Made by a program: the position numbers and the translations under genes. Positions 57,111-64,000 of a DNA stretch of 64,000 bases are shown piece after piece. The notes under the pieces were generated by a model. It saw only the letters and a program-made list of their open reading frames with translations. It was not told the DNA's origin and did not search any database. Origin of the DNA: Rebecca billardiae RCC1528. Its lineage: Eukaryota; Protista; Haptophyta. Within the stretch, counting starts at the first letter, position 1. Every line of letters begins with the position of its first letter. The stretch spans positions 806,001 to 870,000 of the forward strand of contig OZ251227.1 of NCBI GenBank assembly GCA_965240325.2, written 5' to 3'.

Positions 57111-60100
57111 CCCCTACGTATTTACAGACGGTCTCTGCTGGAGACCAAGGGAGGTCCGGGCCGGGAGCTCCCAGCGAGCGGCCAGCGCGACATCACCTCA
57201 AGGTTTTTCCTGAGCGCCGGGCGGCAGCGGCGGCGAGGGCGGTGCTCCGCTGGCGGGGCGCGCACGGGGCACGGCGCTGCGGGCGCGGATGTGTCCGCAG
57301 AGCCGGCGCGTGCGGACGGGCTGTTGCGGGAGAGCATCTGGCGCCCTCCTGCGCCGCGCGCATTGCGCCACGCCTCTTTCGCCTTGACTCAGGGCAGCGC
57401 GCACATGCGCGCCGCGTCAAGGCCAGCCTTGCCGCGCCGCAGCCGACCGCACGCGCGCCGTGCGCGGCGTGGTCGGGAAGGAACGGGCGCGGCTGCCGGG
57501 CGAGATGGCGACATCACGTGCGCACGCCATGTCGTCCCGCGGCGCCGCGAAAGGGCGCGATAACGGATCCGCACAGCTGTTGACGAGTGCTGATTTCTTG
57601 CCGTGCCTGAAGCCAGACCTGAGCTCGAAAAAGATGATGAAAGTGCATCAGCGCGAGGAAAGCGTCGCACCCAGCACTTCTACATGGCCACGTGGTGATG
57701 GACATTCATGTAAGAGTAGTCCGCGTGCCCGTCTGGCACTGTTCTGTGTCTCAATGATCGTCCCGACAAGGGTCGCGACCGCGAGGCCGTGCAGACCATT
57801 TGAGACAACTCGAAGAGGCGTGCAAACGGACCGGCGACACGCTCGTCAAGGCGTGGCGGGGCGGCATGGCGTGCGCACGTGATGTCGCCATCTCGCCCGG
57901 CAGCCACGCCCGTTCCTTCCCGACCACGCCGCGCACGGCGCGCTCGCGGTCGGCTGCGGCGCGGCAAGGCTGGCCTTGACGCGGCGCGCATGTGCGCGCT
58001 GCCCTGAGTCAAGGCGAAAGAGGCGTGGCGCAATGCGCGCGGCGCAGGAGGGCGCCAGATGCTCTCCCGCAACAGCCCGTCCGCACGCGCCGGCTCTGCG
58101 GGCACATCCGCGCCCGCAGCGCCGTGCCCCGTGCGCGCCCCGCCAGCGGAGCACCGCCCTCGCCGCCGCTGCCGCCCGGCGCTCAGGAAAAAACCTTGAG
58201 GTGATGTCGCGCTGGCCGCTCGCTGGGAGCTCCCGGCCCGGACCTCCCTTGTGGAGACCGTCTCTGGGGAGCCCGGCCCAGAGACGAACTCTGGGCGCCA
58301 GCCGCCAAAGACCGTCTCTGCTGGAGACCATTTTCTGATTTTTCTCGGTGGCGCCACTGGCGCGAGCGCTCCCGGGGCTGTGCCGCCGCGGGGCTGCTGG
58401 CTCCGTTCGCCGCCAAGCGCCATGCCGGCCCCGCCCTGGAACGGCGCTGGCACACGAGACCGCGTACAGTACTGCGCACCGTGGATGCACTACGCAGCAG
58501 CTACGCTGTGCAGCGACTCGCGCGCTCCAACTTGTGGTGCCACGCGCTTGCGCGCTCGCGCGAACGCGTGTGTTCGAACGCACCTGTGCATGCTCGCACG
58601 CGAGAGGTCTGACTTGATGCTGACGAGCGTGGTGGCTCATGGCTCGCGAGGGGAGCCACATGCCACACTCTTTCTCCCCGCCCCCGAGCCCTCTCTCGCG
58701 CGTGGCTGTGACAAGTACGCGCGCGCACGTTCTGAGCGCCGCAGCGCAACATGGCGCGCTCACTCACACTTCGCGCGCACCATCTCCTGCCGCAGACGAC
58801 CAGCCCGTGCGCGTCGCGCGCCTTGCCCGAAAGGTGTGCGAGCAGCTGACCCGATCAGATCGATCGCCGGGCGCGCCGAGCAGTCTGCGCCCACGCCGCT
58901 GACCGGCGTGGGCGATGCAGGTTGGCGGATCACCTTACTGTGCGCTGGCCTCGGCGCAGCAGCCAAGTGTCCTGCGCGGCAGCCCTGGAGGTGCTTGGGG
59001 GCGCGCGCTCGGCCGTGGAGGCGCCCGCGCAGGCAAAGTGTATAGCTGAGCAGCCGCGAGAGAGCGCGCAGCGTCCTTCCATGTCAGGCGCCTCGCTCAT
59101 AGGCACGTTCAGCACGTCTCGGGGCAGTGCGCGCCCACGCGACGCTGCCGCCCGCCTGCCGCGGAGCACAAGTGCCGCAAGTGCCAGGCGCGGGCAACGG
59201 TCAGTGGGACACTGTGTTATCTGTCTTGAAACGTGTTGGCCAGGCAAGTGGTGGTGAGATATTGTCACCATGCGATCCTTGAACTAGGCGCATACCGCTT
59301 TCGGCATCTCGCACCGTCGCGCTCGCGCTGTCGGCCCCGCCGTGACGGTGATCGTCATAGTTACGTGTAGTAGTGGCTCAGTAGTGGACAGTGCCAGGCA
59401 AGAAATACGCAGGCTAGGTGGGACGTGATCAAACCCCTGCTCGACGGTGCGAGGTCATACACTGCGCGTAGGTTATATCGCACATTCCATCGCCGGCTCG
59501 TCCGACCCGTACCGACGACGGAGTGCATCGCGGATGGCTGACCGTTGCCCGCGCCTGGCACTTGCGGCACTTGCGCTCCGCTGCAGCGTCGCGTTGGCGC
59601 GCACTGCCCCGAGACGTGCTGAACGTGCCTATGAGCGAGGCGCCTGACATGGAAGGACGCTGCGCGCTCTCTCGCGGCTGCTCAGCTATACACTTTGCCT
59701 GCGCGGGCGCCTCCACGGCCGAGCGCGCGCCCCCAAGCACCTCCAGGGCTGCCGCGCAGGACACTTGGCTGCTGCGCCGAGGCCAGCGCGCAGTAAGGTG
59801 ATCCGCCAACCTGCATCGCCCACGCCGGTCAGCGGCGTGGGCGCACACTGCTCGGCGCGCCCGGCGATCGATCTGCTCCGGTCAGCTGCTCGCACACCTT
59901 TCGGGCAAGGCGCGCGACGCGCACGGGCTGGTCGTCTGCGGCAGGAGATGGTGCGCGCGAAGTGTGAGTGAGCGCGCCATGTTGCGCTGCGGCGCTCAGA
60001 ACGTGCGCGCGTGTACTTGTCACAGCCACGCGCGAGAGAGGGCTCGGGGGCGGAGAGAAAGAGTGTGGCATGTGGCTCCCCTCGCGAGCCATGAGCCACC

Positions 60101-60500
60101 ACGCTCGTCAGCATCAAGTCAGACCTCTCGCGTGTGAGCATGCACAGGTGCGTTCGAACACAGGCGCGCTCGCGCGAGCGCGCGAGCGCGTGGCACCACA
60201 AGTTGGAGCGCGCGAGTCGCTGCACAGCGTAGCTGCTGCGTAGTGCATCCACGGTGCGCAGTACTGTACGCGGTCTCGTGTGCCAGCGCCGTTCCAGGGC
60301 GGGGCCGGCATGGCGCTTGGCGGCGAACGGAGCCAGCAGCCCCGCGGCGGCACAGCCCCGAGAGCGCTCGCGCCAGTGGCGCCACCGAGAAAATGGTCTC
60401 CAGCAGAGACGGTCTTTGGCGGCTGGCGCCCAGAGTTCGTCTCTGGGCCGGGCTCCCCAGAGACGGTCTCCAGCAGAGACCGTCTGTAAATACGTAAGGG
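57111..60500. mobile_element. Foldback element with ~970-bp TIRs and 9-11 bp TSD (GTCGGACGGCC), Mutator-like non-autonomous
   Basis: gtcggacggcc|cccctacgtatttacagacgg ... cgtctgtaaatacgtaaggg|gtcggacggcc; left arm 57111-57145 plus 58259-59204, right arm 59538-60500, spacer 333 bp. Confidence 0.9.
57146..58251. mobile_element. 1106-bp CAAGGGAG element (second subfamily), 7-bp TSD TGGAGAC, nested in the foldback left arm
   Basis: tggagac|caagggaggtccggg ... cccggacctcccttg|tggagac; inner arms and core homologous to 15394-16502; the right foldback arm shows the empty site. Confidence 0.93.
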
Positions 60501-60655
60501 GTCGGACGGCCGGTGGCGATTTTTGACGAGCGCGACGAGCGACGAGAAAAATCGGGAGAAATGAGGCGCCCAAAATCCGAAAAAGGCTTTTTCAGTGGCG
60601 AAAATCGGGATGGACCAGGAGGCGGTGAGAGTGAGACAGAATAAGTCCGGAACGG

Positions 60656-60709
60656 TTACAGTTTACTAAGAATAAGAGACGCACACAGCTCAGGCAGGCG
60701 AGATTGACG
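60656..60709 (-). repeat. 54-bp dispersed repeat, intact copy, ending ...ttagtaaactgtaa on the minus strand
   Basis: Reverse complement equals 7692-7716 joined to 9191-9219. Confidence 0.85.
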
Positions 60710-61530
60710 CCCGCCAACTGTCACCGCCCATGAAGCCGTCGCCGATGGTAGCGCCGCCGGAATTCAGATCACTCATCAAGTCATCAGACCGTCCGTGATC
60801 GATCTACCGACTACCATTAGGGTAGTACCAAGTCATTGAAGTCTCAGCGTGACACTGACAGCATCGTATTGATCATCAGCAGTTAAAATTTAATGTTGAC
60901 GACGATCCGGAGTTGCATCAGTGCATCGCTACTAAGGTCTGAATTTCACTTATCACTGATGATGATGAAACTCGGCCGCCGCCACAACGAATCGATGCAG
61001 TAGTTAGCGCCTTTGTAGTATGATAAATGATTAGGCATGTCACAGTAGTAGCCTGTGACGACTGTGTGTGAGAGTGACCGAGTAATATAGAGACTTTCGA
61101 GTTTCTAAGTGACTGACTAGCTTACTGACCGCGCGAGTTCATCAGCAACAATTTTAATAATGACGATCGACTGACGACTTCAAATTCAATGAGTAGACCT
61201 GCGCCGCTGCGTTGTCATACGACATGTATACGTAATAGTCAATAGAGTTAGACCTAATTACCTAAGCTATGTGTCGTTATTCATGAAACAATTATCTAGC
61301 TGCTTATTGCCTATATATATGATGATCGGCTCCGCCGATCTTCGGGTAGTAAACAACGAAGTTGACGAGGGCGCACGGCCCTGGTAGTTGTGAGTCTAGT
61401 AGTTGTCGTGCGCATTCTTCACCGCCGAATCACGATGCGCGCGCCCCGGGCGCGTCGCCGTGCAGGAGGCGCGGGCGCGAGTAATCGACGCGATCGACGG
61501 CCTCGGGGGGCTGCGCCGTGTCGCGGCTCT

Positions 61531-62835
61531 TCATTCAGTCTTCACGCAGCCGGCGTGCCCCTCGAGCGCGCGCACGCACTCTGACTCGGCGGTGTCCCAC
61601 GCCCACAGCCGCACGACCGCATCGCTGTCGTCGCCCGCGCTCGCCGCGACGCGCCCGTCGGCCGAGAGTGCGACCGCCTCCACCCAGCCGGCGTGCGCTA
61701 GCAGCACAGCCTCGCACGGCCCGCGCGCGGCGAGCAGGGGCGCTCGCGCGCAGTGCTCGCGCCCGCGCGCCCAGCTGGCGCGGGCGGCCGGGTGCGCGGC
61801 GCGCGGCGCGCGCCGCGCCCACGCGGTCGCGGACTCGTGCGGCGCCGAGCCAACCGGCTGCTCGAGGCACAGCGCGAGGCAGCGGCCCGGCGCCGTGGCG
61901 GCGGCGGAGGCGCTCAGCCGCGCGAGCTGCAGCCAGTCCGCGACGCGCGCGCGCAGCGCCGCAGCCTCCGCGCGCGCGGCTGCGCCCGGCTCGCCGCCGC
62001 CGCCGCCGCGCGCGTCGGCGTCGGCGAGCGCCGCGGCCGTGTCCGCGAGGTCGCGCACGTACTCGGTCTCGAGGCCGTGCCGCGCGCGCGCCTCCCACCC
62101 GTCCGCGCCCGCGTCGGTGAGCTCGCGCGCCGCGTCGGCCGCGCGCCCGGCCGCGAGCAGCGCTTGCACTAGCTCCTCGCACCGGCGCACATTGAGCACG
62201 GCGGCGTCGCGGCCGGCGAAGGCCGAGGCGCGCGGCGGAGAGGAGCAGGGGCTGCGGCGCGACGCGCCGCCGCCCGTCCTCGCCGCCGGTGGCCTTCGGG
62301 TGGCGCAGCGCTTTGGCGGCCTCGCCCGCCCACGTGCCAGCCCAGAAATCTGCGAGCGCGTGCGCGTCGGCCGCGCGGGCGTACCGTGCCGCCGCCGCCT
62401 CGGCCACCTGATGAGGCGGTGGTACCAGCGCAAACAAAGGGCCGTCGCCGCCGGCGGCGAGCAGCGAGCCGAGCGCGTCGCGCACGGCGAGCCACACGGG
62501 CAGCCGCACCACCGCCGGCACCCAGAACTCGAACACGGACGCCAGCACGTCCTCGTGCAGAGAGAGCGAGCCTCCTCCAGCTCGGCACTCGAGAGGCCGC
62601 GGCGCGACGCGCAGATGGCGCCGCACGCGCGCCGCACGAGCATCGCGCCGTGCAGCCGCTCGACGCGCTCGAAGGTGGCGGCGACGGCGGCGCGCGCGTC
62701 GGCGGGCAGGTGCGCGGGCGGCGGCTCGCCCGAGCGCCACTCCGCCGCCGCGTCAGCGAGCAGCACGGCGTGCAGCGCGCTCGGCGCCTCTCCGAGTGCC
62801 GAGCGCACCGCCTCGGCCTGCCGCGCGTCGCACCT
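61531..62835 (-). pseudogene. Frameshifted fragment of a NACHT/WD40 protein (NWD1/NWD2/TEP1-like)
   Basis: AAEWRS...FERVERLHG...GAICASRRGLSSAELEE / HEDVLASVFEFWVPAVVRLP / LRWYHR / VAPQPL / NVRRCEEL alternate between frames; one WD40 repeat (AHAGWVEAVALSADGRVAASAGDD..VRLW), then a stop in the next repeat. Confidence 0.75.
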
Positions 62836-62908
62836 GGGTATTTTTCGACCACTCTTGTCCCTAAGTGCGGCAGCTCAAAAAATGGCGTTTCGCTTCAAAG
62901 AATAATCG

Positions 62909-63788
62909 AATAAACTGTGCCCTGGCGGGCGGGGGGGTCGGCGGGCCGTGCCAGTGCTGTCGCAATGTATCCTTTGCGGGTTCGCGTCTTTCCACATTAA
63001 AACATTCGCTCGTGGCCGTGGGTGACGGACAGTCGAGTGCAAGGACCAGTGACACGTGAAGTTGGCTCCCCGACGTGATGTACACACGTTTCACGGTCTG
63101 TACTCTTAGAGTATTGTATGCGCATCAGCGAGGCCCACACCCAAGAGGGAATGTGCAGCACGCGGGGCGGGGCGGGTAGCCCGTTGCTCCGCGCGAGCGC
63201 GGGTACGCGTTGTATGTGCCGCATATCGACCGCGATGGCGTAATCGAGCGCCTCGCCGCCGTGGGCTCGGCGCACGTCGCGTTGACGTCGTACACGGCCA
63301 CCACGCTGAGCACGAGCGCGTTGACGTTCACGCGGTCGTCGCTCTTCGCATCTTCGACAGGTCTGGCGCTCACGTGCTCGGCGGCACGAGGAGCTGTTGG
63401 TCGTGCGCGCGCGCGCGCACAGCGACAGCGTGTGCACTCGCGATCGAGAATGGGCAAGCGCTGCTCACGCGAGCACACGAATCGCAGCGCATCCGTCACC
63501 GGCGTGACGACTTCCGCCTCGTCCCGCAGCGCCTGCACCATGGACGAGGCCATGGCGCGGCGATGTTGCATGCTCGACGTTTCATCGCTCTGCGGATGGC
63601 ATCACGGGCTTGTCTGTGTCGCGCTGCGGCCAGGGTCGCCAACTCGCGATGACGCGGTTGCTACCACGGCGACAGACCCGGGAGGTGCGTCCGCTGCGCG
63701 TCGTACGCCGTTGGCGCTGCGCTTCCGCCGTCGCATTGGTCACCGTCGACGCCATGCAGGCCGGACGTGGGCTTCGGCTGAGGGACCG
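62909..63788 (-). repeat. Diverged copy of dispersed repeat 6658-7614
   Basis: Colinear similarity from aataaactgtgccctggcgg to ggctgagggaccg with substitutions and one internal deletion of about 100 bp. Confidence 0.85.
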
Positions 63789-64000
63789 GACCGCTCGCGA
63801 GCAATGACTGAGTCCGGTGCGCGGATTCCGGCGATCGAGTTCAGAAGGCCGCGCCAAATCTTGCGTCGCGTGCGATGGCGCTTCCCGCCCGCGAGACGCC
63901 TCGTGATGAGGGCTTTCTCGCACCGAGCCCGACGCGCGACGGTGGATCGCGCGAGGCGGTCATCGTGCGCAGCGCATGATGCTATGGCCGGTGCGAGCTT

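Larger units (their letters stand above)
55270..60619. mobile_element. Possible outer TIR element (CCTGGTCC ends, 2-bp TSD AG) hosting the nested foldback element
   Basis: ag|cctggtcc at 55270 and ggaccagg|ag at 60619; gatttt...cgcca-like motifs near both ends; the TIR is short so a chance match is possible. Confidence 0.3.

Noticed and set aside
1-64000. tRNA, rRNA or snRNA genes and autonomous transposase/RT genes
   Set aside because: None recognisable by eye; tRNA, Rfam and HMM scans were not available, so absence is not proven.

Overview
GC-rich, intron-poor eukaryotic DNA; a microalga or protist such as a haptophyte is a guess from composition and gene style only. Bases 1-49196 are a near-identical tandem segmental duplication: copy A 1-21413, copy B 21414-44457, truncated copy C 44458-49196. 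Each full unit carries three intronless genes (FAR-17a/AIG1-like membrane hydrolase, DHA1/Bcr-type MFS transporter, class I SAM methyltransferase) among non-autonomous transposons. Because the copies act as filled/empty controls, four structural polymorphisms can be mapped to the base: (i) a 4895-bp non-coding element with split direct repeats A1...B1-A2-B2 and no TSD (PAT/TOC1/Ngaro-type tyrosine-recombinase retroelement architecture); (ii) a 960-bp TIR element inside an (AC)n microsatellite; (iii) a 2226-bp segment without TSD or TIR carrying a 367-aa ORF of unrecognised family; (iv) a 1.1-kb element with 397-bp TIRs in the divergent MFS/methyltransferase promoter whose 315-bp core is inverted between copies. 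The unique region (49197-64000) holds TRAPPC1/Bet5, a FAM72-RING-TRAF-zinc-finger fusion gene, an Rtt106/SSRP1-M-like histone chaperone, an XRCC1-N/discoidin-like protein, nested foldback elements, a possible cytosine-methyltransferase remnant and a NACHT/WD40 pseudogene. All calls are by eye; no database search was run. The tandem array could be a haplotype mis-assembly and needs long-read confirmation.
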